The translations under genes were made by a program, and so were the position numbers. Below are positions 1 through 8,897 of a stretch of 64,000 nucleotides of DNA, piece by piece (the stretch's first letter is position 1; every line of letters starts with the position of its first letter). The notes under the pieces are model-generated. The model worked only from the letters and a program-made list of their open reading frames with translations. It was not told where the DNA came from and searched no databases. The DNA is from an uncultured bacterium (GTDB lineage Bacteria; Oederibacteriota; PGYV01; CAWJRG01), in contig CAWJRG010000010.1 in NCBI GenBank assembly GCA_963845185.1, positions 352,001-416,000 on the forward strand. The letters run 5' to 3'.

Positions 1-1264
1 TTTTTCTTTCTTTTACATCCTTAACACGATCCATATCTATGTCTCCCTCCCCGTCTGTAATGACCAGAAATTTCTTGAAATTATTGTTAAATGCGTGCTT
101 TAACAGTTCGTCAAAATCAGTCACGCTGTTTGTTATAAGAAGTCCGTTGTGCAACTCGCTGAGGCTTATCTCTTTCACTATTCCTGACAGCAGATAAATC
201 GGGTCATTTAAATAGGACTTTACCGAGTCCACAAGCCTGTAAATAAGCGGCAGGACATCTTCTACGGACCCTGACACATCTATGTACAGGTTCATGTTCC
301 TGTAAGTTGCGGCTGCTGCTTCCATGTCGTTCGGGAAGAAAAACGGGTATTTTTTCCTGTACAGGAGCATGAGCTCGCGCCTGCCCGCCGCGGGAATTAT
401 GCCCCTCTGCGATGTTATGACCCTGTCCATTATCCTGTTGTCTCCGTCGTCTTCCAGTGCGTGCCTTACTGCTTCTATAATAATGCGTGAGTTGTCCTTT
501 TCTATCTCTTCTTCTATTTCTATGAACTTCTTTTCAGCCAGCAAATATCCCCTTGAAAATCCGTGATACCCCAAAAGAACCAGTGTATCCACAAAAGTTG
601 ACAGGTATTGCCGATTTATGATTCGTTCAAGGCGCTCATATAGCATAGCCACTGAAACATCCTTAAACCACGCGTCTATGTACCATCTTGCAAGGCCGGG
701 TTTATCTAAAATCCATTTTTCATCCTTAAATTTCATTTTTTCTATTGCCTTCATTGCGTTAGCCTGTTTTTCTCCGTTATTGTAAATATCGGGTATGTCA
801 ATAAAATTAAAAATAGGGTTTAAAAGAAAATTCACGACCAGGCCTGTATCTTTATAAAAACTTTTTAAAAAATGCCAGCCTTCCTTTAAATAATCTTTTA
901 TTATTCCGGCGTTTATTTTTATGTCAAACACCAGGTTGAAATTATTTCTAAGAGAGTTCCTTTCTTCCCTGAGCAAATCCCCGTTTAATTTATGCATGAG
1001 CTCGTGCAGGAAAACAAAAATAAGCCAGTCCTTGTTTTCAATATTTTTCATGATGAAATCCTTATTAAAATACATTGTGTAATGCCCTGAATCCTCTTTT
1101 GGCATAGATATGCACGCGGTTTTTGTTGTGTTTTTATCTTCGGTTAAAACTATTTTCCAGTTGGCTTTTATCCAGTATATATTGTCAATAAGGAAATTGT
1201 CCTTTTTGCCTACTACAAAATCTTTTATGTAGCCTTCTATTTCGTCCACGTTTTTTATTTCCAT
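1..1264 (-). CDS. HExxH metallopeptidase-like + C-terminal vWA protein (DUF2201-like), truncated at window edge
   Basis: Not in the ORF track because it runs off the left edge. Manual translation from ATG at 1264 (AGGAG RBS) gives MEIKNVDEIEG..., with FLHELMH near 1000, then NLVFDIKIN, MIDAS-like YIDVSGS near 280 and VITDG near 60, all in one frame. Confidence 0.8.
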   Translation of the reverse strand, partial: MEIKNVDEIEGYIKDFVVGKKDNFLIDNIYWIKANWKIVLTEDKNTTKTACISMPKEDSGHYTMYFNKDFIMKNIENKDWLIFVFLHELMHKLNGDLLREERNSLRNNFNLVFDIKINAGIIKDYLKEGWHFLKSFYKDTGLVVNFLLNPIFNFIDIPDIYNNGEKQANAMKAIEKMKFKDEKWILDKPGLARWYIDAWFKDVSVAMLYERLERIINRQYLSTFVDTLVLLGYHGFSRGYLLAEKKFIEIEEEIEKDNSRIIIEAVRHALEDDGDNRIMDRVITSQRGIIPAAGRRELMLLYRKKYPFFFPNDMEAAAATYRNMNLYIDVSGSVEDVLPLIYRLVDSVKSYLNDPIYLLSGIVKEISLSELHNGLLITNSVTDFDELLKHAFNNNFKKFLVITDGEGDIDMDRVKDVKERK

Positions 1265-1307
1265 AACGGCTCCTTTCCTATAGGCTAATCCGCCGGCTTT
1301 AAAAAAA

Positions 1308-1430
1308 CCCCTTCCCCCTTGACGGGGGGAGGTTAGGATGAGGGTGACGTAGTAACATGCATTTCTTAAAGTTAATGCTGTTTTGCCGCTACTTCACCCT
1401 CACCTTTATCCTCTCCCGTCGAGGGAGAGG
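1308..1430. repeat. Inverted pair of CCCTCTCCC/GGGAGAGG-type REP-like palindromes
   Basis: cccttccccttgacggggggaggttaggatgagggtga ... tcaccctcacctttatcctctcccgtcgagggagagg; the same family recurs at 18647, 20197 and 30057. Confidence 0.8.
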
Positions 1431-1480
1431 AGATTTCCCTTTCCACATCCCACATACCACACCCGCACCCCGCATCGGCG

Positions 1481-2617
1481 TCACGCCGGCTGCATCAGGA
1501 GCAAGAACTCTTCCTTGTCGCCAAGCAGCTCAGGGTCCATATTAAACGGCGTATTGCCGGGTATGTATATGCCTGTCGCCATCCTTGACATTATGTGCTC
1601 AAAAATGCCTATGTCGTCTATCACCTTTGCGCTTTCAGGTATTTCAGCAGCCTTCTGAGACGGCTCGATGAAATACACCATGTTTGTTACTGTCTCTGGC
1701 GCAGTATTTTTCTTTGTTTCTTTCTTGTATTTCAGGTATTCCTGTTTTGTGGGCACGCGTAAAATTGCCGATACTTTTTTTGAACTGTCGGGCAAAAGGT
1801 CAATAAATGTGCCTGAAAAAAAATCAGCGGTTTTATCCATACTGCTCAATATGCCCGGGTTTAAGTCGTTGATGTCCTCATAGGTTTTGAGTTTTCCGTC
1901 AATCATGCTCACTATCACCCTTGACATTTTGTCTCTTCCTGAAGTTCCCGCGCCGAAATATATGTATTCGCTCCCCGGTATTTTATAGCCGCTTATTTCC
2001 CTGTATTTTTCCCTGACAAACACATACTGCTCCCCCCTGTCTGTGTTTTTCCTGAAAAGGTATATTTTCCCGTTTGTGCAGTACCTGCCGAAATTATTCC
2101 CGCGCTGTTCTCTTTCCGAATCTCTCATCCGGAAAAACATGATTTTCAGCCCATCGTCATATGGTATCTTTGCCGACAGCCTTTCATAAAGTATATTCCT
2201 GTCAACCTTTCCGTTGACGTTCCTGCAGTCTGTTATGATCTCCGTAATGTGAGTTTGCGTCTTTAAGTCCAGGTTTTTCACAAGAAATTTAACCAGGGAT
2301 TTTAATGAAGCGTAAGCTATGAGCCCGTCTATTTTTTTAACGCCTTTTTTGGTTTTAAGGGGTATTTCAATTTTAATATCAGTCCTTGAAAATTTCAGAC
2401 TTCCGCCCCTGTACCTGCGCAAATGGCTTAAATAAACATCATCCACGTCCTCTGTCATCGCCTGCATCGCCCTGTAAAGATACATGTTCCTGCCGTAAAC
2501 TTCGCCGCAGCTGAAATCCTTGCCTATTATTTTTTCCATGGGCATTTCAATTTTTGCTTTTTTATAGACTATTATGTCGCCCTTATCCAGTAATTTTTCA
2601 TATGCCTGTGTTTTCAT
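1481..2617 (-). CDS. Hypothetical protein between MoxR and vWA genes
   Basis: 378 aa ORF starting 2 nt after the MoxR stop; no motif recognised. Confidence 0.75.
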   Translation of the reverse strand: MKTQAYEKLLDKGDIIVYKKAKIEMPMEKIIGKDFSCGEVYGRNMYLYRAMQAMTEDVDDVYLSHLRRYRGGSLKFSRTDIKIEIPLKTKKGVKKIDGLIAYASLKSLVKFLVKNLDLKTQTHITEIITDCRNVNGKVDRNILYERLSAKIPYDDGLKIMFFRMRDSEREQRGNNFGRYCTNGKIYLFRKNTDRGEQYVFVREKYREISGYKIPGSEYIYFGAGTSGRDKMSRVIVSMIDGKLKTYEDINDLNPGILSSMDKTADFFSGTFIDLLPDSSKKVSAILRVPTKQEYLKYKKETKKNTAPETVTNMVYFIEPSQKAAEIPESAKVIDDIGIFEHIMSRMATGIYIPGNTPFNMDPELLGDKEEFLLLMQPA

Positions 2618-2618
2618 T

Positions 2619-4034
2619 TTACTCCTCCATTCCCGGGTAATTTTTGTAAGTTGACAGCGCTTTTGCCAGTTTCTCTATGTCTGTATCGTCCCTGTCAGGG
2701 TCGCGTAGTGTGTTAAAAACAACCTTAAAATCGTTTATGTCGCTTAATTCATCGTCTATGATCCCGCGTTTCACCATTTCACCGAAATGCTGGAGCCCCG
2801 AATAATGGAATTTTTTTCCCACGGACATATCAAACATGCTTCTGTATGTTTCAAACAGGCGCTCGGTTTCATTCATCTGGAATTTCAGTTCACCGGACGC
2901 TATTTTCCCGGCAAGGACGCGCAGTATTGCCATGTTTATGGGTTTCTCATCCAGGCAATTGCTGTTTTTTACCTTTTCAATTATTTTTGTGATGCCGGCT
3001 TTTATAAACGGGTAATTATTCTCCACAGTTTCCCGGGTTAGGTTTTCCGCGTCCTGCGGGTTTTTCAGGTCAAAGACCCTGTTTGCGCCGTTATCGTCTA
3101 TCAGGTCAAAAGCCATGTCGTGGATGTACTTTATGCGCATGTTGGTAAGCTCCACGTTTATCGCCTCAAAAGGCATGGAATATTTTACCGCCGTGAATAT
3201 CTCCTCCCGCATGTCCATGAGGTCAAAATTCTCCTGCTTTTCTTTTAGTATTGCCGTGGATATGTAAGCCGCAATGTTCCTCTTTATCATGTTTATTCGG
3301 CGGCCGTCCAGGTTGATGCCCTTGTTGTTGGCGAAGAACACGAATTTTATTATGTAGTCGTCCAGCCTGCTGTTGAGTTTTTTTGACACAAAGCCTATCC
3401 TGTCCCTGATTGCCTCTATGTACGCGAGGAAATCCTGCCTTTCTTTTTCGTCCATTTTCATCTCATTGCCCTTGTATATGGCAGCGCCGTCGTCCTCGTT
3501 TATGTTGTTTATTATTTTCCTGAGGTTGGCGTCCGTCATTTCGATTGCCTGCGGCACTTTTATGACAAAGGCAAACCTGCCGGCGAGCGCCTCGTCCAGC
3601 GGGTTCGCGCCCGCGTATGACGGCGGGTTCATGGCGGCGAATATGTGCCTGAGTTTTTCTGCTTTCAGGCCCATGACCTGCCTGCTCCTGACTATTTCCA
3701 GCCACTTGTTCTGCATCTCTGCCCTGGCTCTTGATATCTCGTCTATCAAAATGAATTCCTTGTCCCAGATGGATAGCTTTGTCGGCACGTACTCTATCTC
3801 GCCCTTTGATATGGTGTCCGGGTTTGGGAAGCCGATAAGGTCCTCAAACAGCGCCTTTGACGCGTCATAGGCAAAAAATTTCAGGCCCAGCGCCTCCGCC
3901 AGCTTCCTGCACAGCGTGGTCTTGGCAGTGCCGTGCGAGCCGATGAAAAGCACCGGGTCGCCGGTGGCGATACCTGCCATGATTATATCTTCTATTTTGT
4001 CCATTCCGTATATTCCCATTTTTTCCAGCCACAT
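2619..4034 (-). CDS. MoxR-family AAA+ ATPase
   Basis: Walker A GSHGTAKT, Walker B ILIDEISR, AAMNP sensor, LDEALAGRF arginine-finger motif. Confidence 0.9.
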   Translation of the reverse strand: MWLEKMGIYGMDKIEDIIMAGIATGDPVLFIGSHGTAKTTLCRKLAEALGLKFFAYDASKALFEDLIGFPNPDTISKGEIEYVPTKLSIWDKEFILIDEISRARAEMQNKWLEIVRSRQVMGLKAEKLRHIFAAMNPPSYAGANPLDEALAGRFAFVIKVPQAIEMTDANLRKIINNINEDDGAAIYKGNEMKMDEKERQDFLAYIEAIRDRIGFVSKKLNSRLDDYIIKFVFFANNKGINLDGRRINMIKRNIAAYISTAILKEKQENFDLMDMREEIFTAVKYSMPFEAINVELTNMRIKYIHDMAFDLIDDNGANRVFDLKNPQDAENLTRETVENNYPFIKAGITKIIEKVKNSNCLDEKPINMAILRVLAGKIASGELKFQMNETERLFETYRSMFDMSVGKKFHYSGLQHFGEMVKRGIIDDELSDINDFKVVFNTLRDPDRDDTDIEKLAKALSTYKNYPGMEE

Positions 4035-4043
4035 AAGTGCCTC

Positions 4044-4137
4044 CTTAAGATCGTTTGTTTTGTCAAGCCGTCAACAGGCGCAGGCAAAACATTACGAGAT
4101 TAAGTACCCGCTCAAGTCCCAAAGGGACAAGCGGTAC
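4044..4137 (-). ncRNA. Candidate structured 5'-UTR RNA, copy 1 (before MoxR)
   Basis: Sense strand ACCGCTTGTCCC-ttt-GGGACTTGAGCGGGT, then hairpin TCGT-aa-TGTTTTGCC-tgc-GCC-tgttgac-GGC-tt-GACAAAACA-a-ACGA, ending at the AAGGAGG RBS. Confidence 0.6.
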
Positions 4138-4146
4138 TTGATATCA

Positions 4147-4262
4147 TCGTTTACTTTGCCAAGCCGGCCTTGCTCCCCATTAACAAGGGAGTTAAATATC
4201 CCCGTGGGATGTTTAACGGGCAGAAGTCATCTTGTTATTCCAAAATATGCCTTTTCTACCCA
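4147..4262 (-). repeat. Partial second copy of the leader RNA element, long variant with a nested palindrome
   Basis: tcgtttactttgccaagccg, gttaaatatccccgtgggatgtttaacggg, aagtcatct and ctaccca are shared with the 19922-20087 copy. Confidence 0.5.
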
Positions 4263-4376
4263 AGAAAGGGGGTTTGCTTTGTCTTTCGTAGAGCCAACCC
4301 TAATGGCTATCTCTTTTTGAGACGCCCATTAGGGGTATCTCTACAAGAACAATTTTTTGCGATAGGTCTGAGACCT

Positions 4377-4559
4377 TTACATTTTGTTTTTTTGTAATTT
4401 TTTCTTTCTCACCGGGATTACTTGGTATGCGATGAGATTTTTATATTCTTTGTCGTTACCGAATATGTTTTTACAGATTTCCCGCCTTTGTTCCTCTGTG
4501 ACTTCCACAAATTTTTTCTGTGGCTTTCGTTTTTCTTTATCTTTCATTTTTTGCCTCAT
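4377..4559 (-). CDS. Small basic hypothetical protein, first gene after the sigma54 promoter
   Basis: 60 aa ORF with an AAGGAGG RBS about 7 nt upstream. Confidence 0.55.
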   Translation of the reverse strand: MRQKMKDKEKRKPQKKFVEVTEEQRREICKNIFGNDKEYKNLIAYQVIPVRKKKLQKNKM

Positions 4560-4636
4560 AGCACGCCTCCTTTTGCATTCGATATTCAGTATTTAGAATG
4601 CCAAATTCCAAATCCTGAATTACTGAATACATATAG

Positions 4637-4652
4637 AGCAAGGCTTATGCCA
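4637..4652 (-). promoter_or_regulatory. sigma54 (-24/-12) promoter
   Basis: Minus strand TGGCATAAGCCTTGCT = GG-N10-GC, close to consensus. Confidence 0.8.
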
Positions 4653-4702
4653 TAAAAACGGAATAAAGATAAAGGATTTTATAGAATTGGGTAAAAGGAA
4701 GC

Positions 4703-4715
4703 GTCAAAAATTGAC
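4703..4715. promoter_or_regulatory. Putative bEBP upstream activating sequence
   Basis: Palindrome GTCA-AAAAT-TGAC, 52 bp upstream of the -24 GG; the same motif occurs at 10575 and 10593. Confidence 0.6.
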
Positions 4716-4728
4716 AGAAATATTATAT

Positions 4729-5388
4729 TTATACTAGAGTATTTAAATCTATTAAATCCTCAGGCATTATGATAGAAACAACTCTAAATTTAAGTGATCT
4801 TTTTGCTGATCCTTTTCTCCATCTGTTATTAATTTCAGTATTAGTATCTATTTCAAAATCAATTTTATGATTTTTTATACTGTTATTTAATTTTTTACTA
4901 CAAAATAACAACAATATATTTTCAATTTCCTTTTTTTTAGTGTTTTCAAATGTATCAATTTTATCCATAATATTTTTAAAATTGTTATAAAGAATAGATT
5001 TTGATTCTTTTTTTTCTTCACTAGCGAACCACTTAATAAAATCATCAACTTTTTTCCCGATTATTTTGTAATGGTCTTGATTTCTCTTTTTGTTTAATAT
5101 GTAACTTTGTAAAAACAAATGTCTTAGAACTTGACGTGCTTTTACAACTATTCTATCTTTTTTTACTTCTTGCGATTTTTCCCACTTGCTTTCAATTAAA
5201 TATATTTTACTATTAGTTTTAATTATTGCATCGAATTCCCCAATCGCAGGTGAAGTGCCACGCCCAAAACTTGGTCTATAAAAAATACACTTAATTGATT
5301 CATTATTTACTAATTCCTTGACTTTGTCATCTTGCTTTAAAAACCATAATGTCAATGCATCTTCCCCATAACCAATAATTGGTAACAT
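4729..5388 (-). CDS. Putative PD-(D/E)XK nuclease-like protein
   Basis: GEFDAII...IYLIESKW fits D...ExK spacing; AT-rich gene. Confidence 0.55.
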   Translation of the reverse strand: MLPIIGYGEDALTLWFLKQDDKVKELVNNESIKCIFYRPSFGRGTSPAIGEFDAIIKTNSKIYLIESKWEKSQEVKKDRIVVKARQVLRHLFLQSYILNKKRNQDHYKIIGKKVDDFIKWFASEEKKESKSILYNNFKNIMDKIDTFENTKKKEIENILLLFCSKKLNNSIKNHKIDFEIDTNTEINNRWRKGSAKRSLKFRVVSIIMPEDLIDLNTLV

Positions 5389-5430
5389 AAAATACCTCCT
5401 TTAGAATTTACAAATTATTTAAACACTATA

Positions 5431-6213
5431 TTAACAGGCGCGAGAAGCATTTGTTTTTCCTGCTATATTTTGCATCCGTTGTCCATGTTTTGGCATTGCA
5501 AATTTTGATTCTATATTCAGATGATCGCTTTTAACAATTTCAAGGACTTCATTCCAAAATCTTAAGCGATCTTCTTTTACATATACAAATGCAGGTACTA
5601 TTTTTTTTCGAATTACCGGCCTTTCAAAAATTTTAGCCGAATAACTACAAGGTATATAACTATATGGTATTTTACTTTTATCCATTTGACCAAAATACAA
5701 CCTGAATTCTGTTTTATTATCAATAATCCTTCTTATAGTTATTTCAAAATATTCTTTTGGTACATCTCTGCTTTTCTCCTTCAATTTAATTATTAATTCT
5801 TTCTCATTTTTATAATTTATAAAATCATCTACTACAAAAACAGTATCTAAAACAAATTTTCTTTTAATATTCGAACCAAAATATATTATTGAATCTTTCC
5901 CCAAATTTCTAAGAATTTTGCATCGTGGTTGCCTACAAACAGTATATAAAAAAATCCCACCAAACACAAACGGATCTGTATTCTGGAAAGCAGGCGGCAT
6001 GATAAAAACCGGTCTGTGTATTTGTGTATTTTTATCTTTTATACTAGGAGGTTCCCACTCGCCCCAAAAATAGATTTTTTGTTCATTTTCAAGAATTGCT
6101 TCGAGAAATTTCCTGTTATGTTTTTTATTATTCCATTCCACATATCCTGTTTCATCAGAAACAGATTCATCTTTTCCCGGATGCATAAAAAATAAAGATT
6201 TAATTTTTCCCAT
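5431..6213 (-). CDS. Hypothetical protein, weakly reminiscent of nucleotide-modification-associated (Nmad2-like) domains
   Basis: 260 aa, overlaps the upstream stop; motifs FWGEWEPPS and NTDPFVFG..FLYTVCRQ. The family call is tentative. Confidence 0.6.
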   Translation of the reverse strand: MGKIKSLFFMHPGKDESVSDETGYVEWNNKKHNRKFLEAILENEQKIYFWGEWEPPSIKDKNTQIHRPVFIMPPAFQNTDPFVFGGIFLYTVCRQPRCKILRNLGKDSIIYFGSNIKRKFVLDTVFVVDDFINYKNEKELIIKLKEKSRDVPKEYFEITIRRIIDNKTEFRLYFGQMDKSKIPYSYIPCSYSAKIFERPVIRKKIVPAFVYVKEDRLRFWNEVLEIVKSDHLNIESKFAMPKHGQRMQNIAGKTNASRAC

Positions 6214-6967
6214 GTATAATCGCCTTTCCTATCCCCACTTTATCTAGATTGCTAACCGTTCCAAAAGGCATATTTGCTGCCTTCCCCCAATGAATATTTG
6301 GAAATTTACCTTCTCCGATTTCTATCACTGCCTTTTTAACATAAAAAGGATTATCCCTTTCAATTGTATAGTAGTTCTCCCATTTTTTATTAAATTTAAA
6401 TTTGATTTTTTGAAGATATCTTTCAGCCATTGATATTAAAATAATATCAGGTTTTAAACAACTTACAAGTTCGTGCCATAAACCTATTCCTTCTGCCTCA
6501 AACAAATTTTTATCATTATCATTCAACCTGCTCCATGTCGGGTCTGTTGCGATTGGTGTCATAATATCTGTATGCAAAGCTGTATTTGCTTTCCTTGCGT
6601 AGTAGCTGCAATCCATGCCATTTAAGATTGGCTCATATGAATTAAACCATAATTTATAGGGGCTATAACTAAAATATTTGTTTAAAGTCATTAAATAATC
6701 ATCAACAGGTTTTTGGTTCTGTAGAATTGCATCTTTTATCTTTTCCCCGCCTTCAAATCTTAAAAATGCGTCTTCTTCCGGGAACTCTATCTTTGACGGA
6801 TTAAGACCAACAGTAATAACTTTAGTCATTGAAGCAAAATACGTCCTATAATCGCCAAAATATAAAATTGGAATAGATTTTTTAACTACGTTGCCGTTAT
6901 CGTAGTTTTTGATAAAAACATCAAAAGCTTTTTCAACTACTGAAAGCAATTCTTCTTGCATTTTCAT
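6200..6967 (-). CDS. Uracil-DNA glycosylase superfamily-like protein
   Basis: VITVGLNPS (UDG motif-1-like) and LKPDIILIS; AT-rich. Confidence 0.55.
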   Translation of the reverse strand: MKMQEELLSVVEKAFDVFIKNYDNGNVVKKSIPILYFGDYRTYFASMTKVITVGLNPSKIEFPEEDAFLRFEGGEKIKDAILQNQKPVDDYLMTLNKYFSYSPYKLWFNSYEPILNGMDCSYYARKANTALHTDIMTPIATDPTWSRLNDNDKNLFEAEGIGLWHELVSCLKPDIILISMAERYLQKIKFKFNKKWENYYTIERDNPFYVKKAVIEIGEGKFPNIHWGKAANMPFGTVSNLDKVGIGKAIIHGKN

Positions 6968-6977
6968 GTGCCCGCCT

Positions 6978-8345
6978 CTACAATTTAATGCATTTCCCTT
7001 TCTCCGGCAGTATTACTTTCTCGCAGAAGTTCTTGAAAGCCTCTGCGTTTTCGGTATGTACGGGTATGACAGTATCCGCGTTCACGCCGTCTATCATCTT
7101 TCTCACGCCTTCCTCGTCGGCGTGGCCCGAGCAGTGTATCTGCGCGAGTTTCACGCCAAAGTGCCCCAGCCAGTTTTCCAGGCATTCCCTGTATTCCTCG
7201 TTATCCTCGCCTTCGATATAGTGCTCTGACATGGAGTAAATGAAAGTCCCGCTTTTGGGCTGTATGTCCACCATCTGCGAGAGCTCTGAAGCTGTCACGA
7301 ACATTACCACGTCGCCTGTGTTCTTTTTCACCCACTTATAATCCACGCATTCCTCAAAATAAGGTTTCTGGTAATTATATATCCTTTTTTCATCATCAGG
7401 TATGTCGCTGTTTTTGTTGAATATCTTCATTTTGGTATTGCCGATTGTCTTTGGCAGGTCGTCAATGAGCTCCCTTGCGTTATCTATTGTATATGCAAAT
7501 CCCGGATTTACAACGAGCACTTTGCCTGCGCGTGCAGTCGCATTATACAGGCTCCTGACCCTATCCACGTTCCTGAAAGAAAATTGCGCGAACGTTATGC
7601 CGTCTGTCTTTTTTATGGTGTCGCAAAGCGCGTCTTCCACGTCGCATTCCCGCATTTTCTTTTTAAATATGGTGTCCCTGTTGTTCTTTACCCTGGTTCC
7701 TTCGGTTATCAGCACTTTTACCTTTGCTTTTGCCGCTGCTTTGATAAAATCTTCTGTCATTTCAGGCCTGAAACCGTGCAGACGAAAATCGCCTGTGTAC
7801 GCAATATTTCCTTCTGGCGTTTCAATGATAAACCCATATGCGCCTGGTATGGAGTGGTCCATATGCACAGGCGTGACAGTAATGTCCCTTATTTTAAATT
7901 TCTTCCCTGTTTTCATTTCCACAATATTTTCACCGGCTTCTGTCTTGAAACTCGGGTAAATGGTATTAAACGCCTCGTTTAGTTTATTCGCGCCGTGTCC
8001 GAGATAAACAGGTATGTCAGGGTCTACATAAGCCACGTCTCCTATATGGTCGCTGTGTATGTGGGATATAAGAATGGCGTCAATGGTGGGCTTTTTATAT
8101 TTCATATCCGTGTAATATAAAGCGTCCCGTGAATACACGCCCTGTATTTCCGGCATCATTCCAAATTCAAAATAGTCCCTAAGCCCGAGTTTTTCCCTGG
8201 GCTCCAGATAATCAAAACCGCTGTAAATTCCTGCGCCTCTGTCAAAAGGTATCCCGAAATCTAAAAACACTCTTGCCTTTCCCGCCTCCAGCAGTATCTT
8301 GTTCCCGCCTATCTCGCCCGCTCCTCCGTATGCTGTTATCTTCAT
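6978..8345 (-). CDS. MBL-fold beta-CASP (RNase J-like) nuclease
   Basis: GGAGEIGGN, LDFG, HIHSDH, HSIPG, YTGDFR, EGT, HCSGHA and PVHTE motifs. Confidence 0.88.
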   Translation of the reverse strand: MKITAYGGAGEIGGNKILLEAGKARVFLDFGIPFDRGAGIYSGFDYLEPREKLGLRDYFEFGMMPEIQGVYSRDALYYTDMKYKKPTIDAILISHIHSDHIGDVAYVDPDIPVYLGHGANKLNEAFNTIYPSFKTEAGENIVEMKTGKKFKIRDITVTPVHMDHSIPGAYGFIIETPEGNIAYTGDFRLHGFRPEMTEDFIKAAAKAKVKVLITEGTRVKNNRDTIFKKKMRECDVEDALCDTIKKTDGITFAQFSFRNVDRVRSLYNATARAGKVLVVNPGFAYTIDNARELIDDLPKTIGNTKMKIFNKNSDIPDDEKRIYNYQKPYFEECVDYKWVKKNTGDVVMFVTASELSQMVDIQPKSGTFIYSMSEHYIEGEDNEEYRECLENWLGHFGVKLAQIHCSGHADEEGVRKMIDGVNADTVIPVHTENAEAFKNFCEKVILPEKGKCIKL

Positions 8346-8896
8346 TATTTTCCGCCTTTCTTTTCATTTTTCCATATAGATTCAAAGTTTCTTTTTAAAT
8401 CTGAATATAGTGGTTTAAAAACTTCAAATTGATTCATTACATGCGTTTGCGGGCTTAAATGGGTTACATAATATATGGATTTTACCTTTTTAAGTTTACC
8501 TGAAAATATATAATCTTTTATGGCCTTCTGCGTTTCTTTGCCAAAGACAACTATCGAATCATAATTATTAAACCTAATATCTGTTCTTATCTTTTTTTTA
8601 TGATAGTCATTAAGTGTTTTAAAAATATCCGCACACATAACCTCCCCTGCATTTTTATTTTTCAAAATATGTAATACATTAATAAATCTTTCACCAATAG
8701 GGTTAACTTTATTGTTTTTCAAATAGGTTTTTATATTATTTAAATCATTATTGATTTTTTTAAAGCCAAAAACGAACTGCCCTTTTTTCCCTCCTATACC
8801 AGGCGATTGAAACAGCAATAGCCATTTTTTCGCACCACCAAAATTCAGTTTTAAATCCTTATCGGGACGATTCATATTATTAAAATGTTCGGTCAC
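8345..8896 (-). CDS. Divergent uracil-DNA glycosylase-like protein
   Basis: LLLFQSPG, IVVFGKETQ and C-terminal THLSPQ resemble UDG-fold motifs; AT-rich; translationally coupled on both sides. Confidence 0.5.
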   Translation of the reverse strand: MTEHFNNMNRPDKDLKLNFGGAKKWLLLFQSPGIGGKKGQFVFGFKKINNDLNNIKTYLKNNKVNPIGERFINVLHILKNKNAGEVMCADIFKTLNDYHKKKIRTDIRFNNYDSIVVFGKETQKAIKDYIFSGKLKKVKSIYYVTHLSPQTHVMNQFEVFKPLYSDLKRNFESIWKNEKKGGK

Positions 8897-8897
8897 A

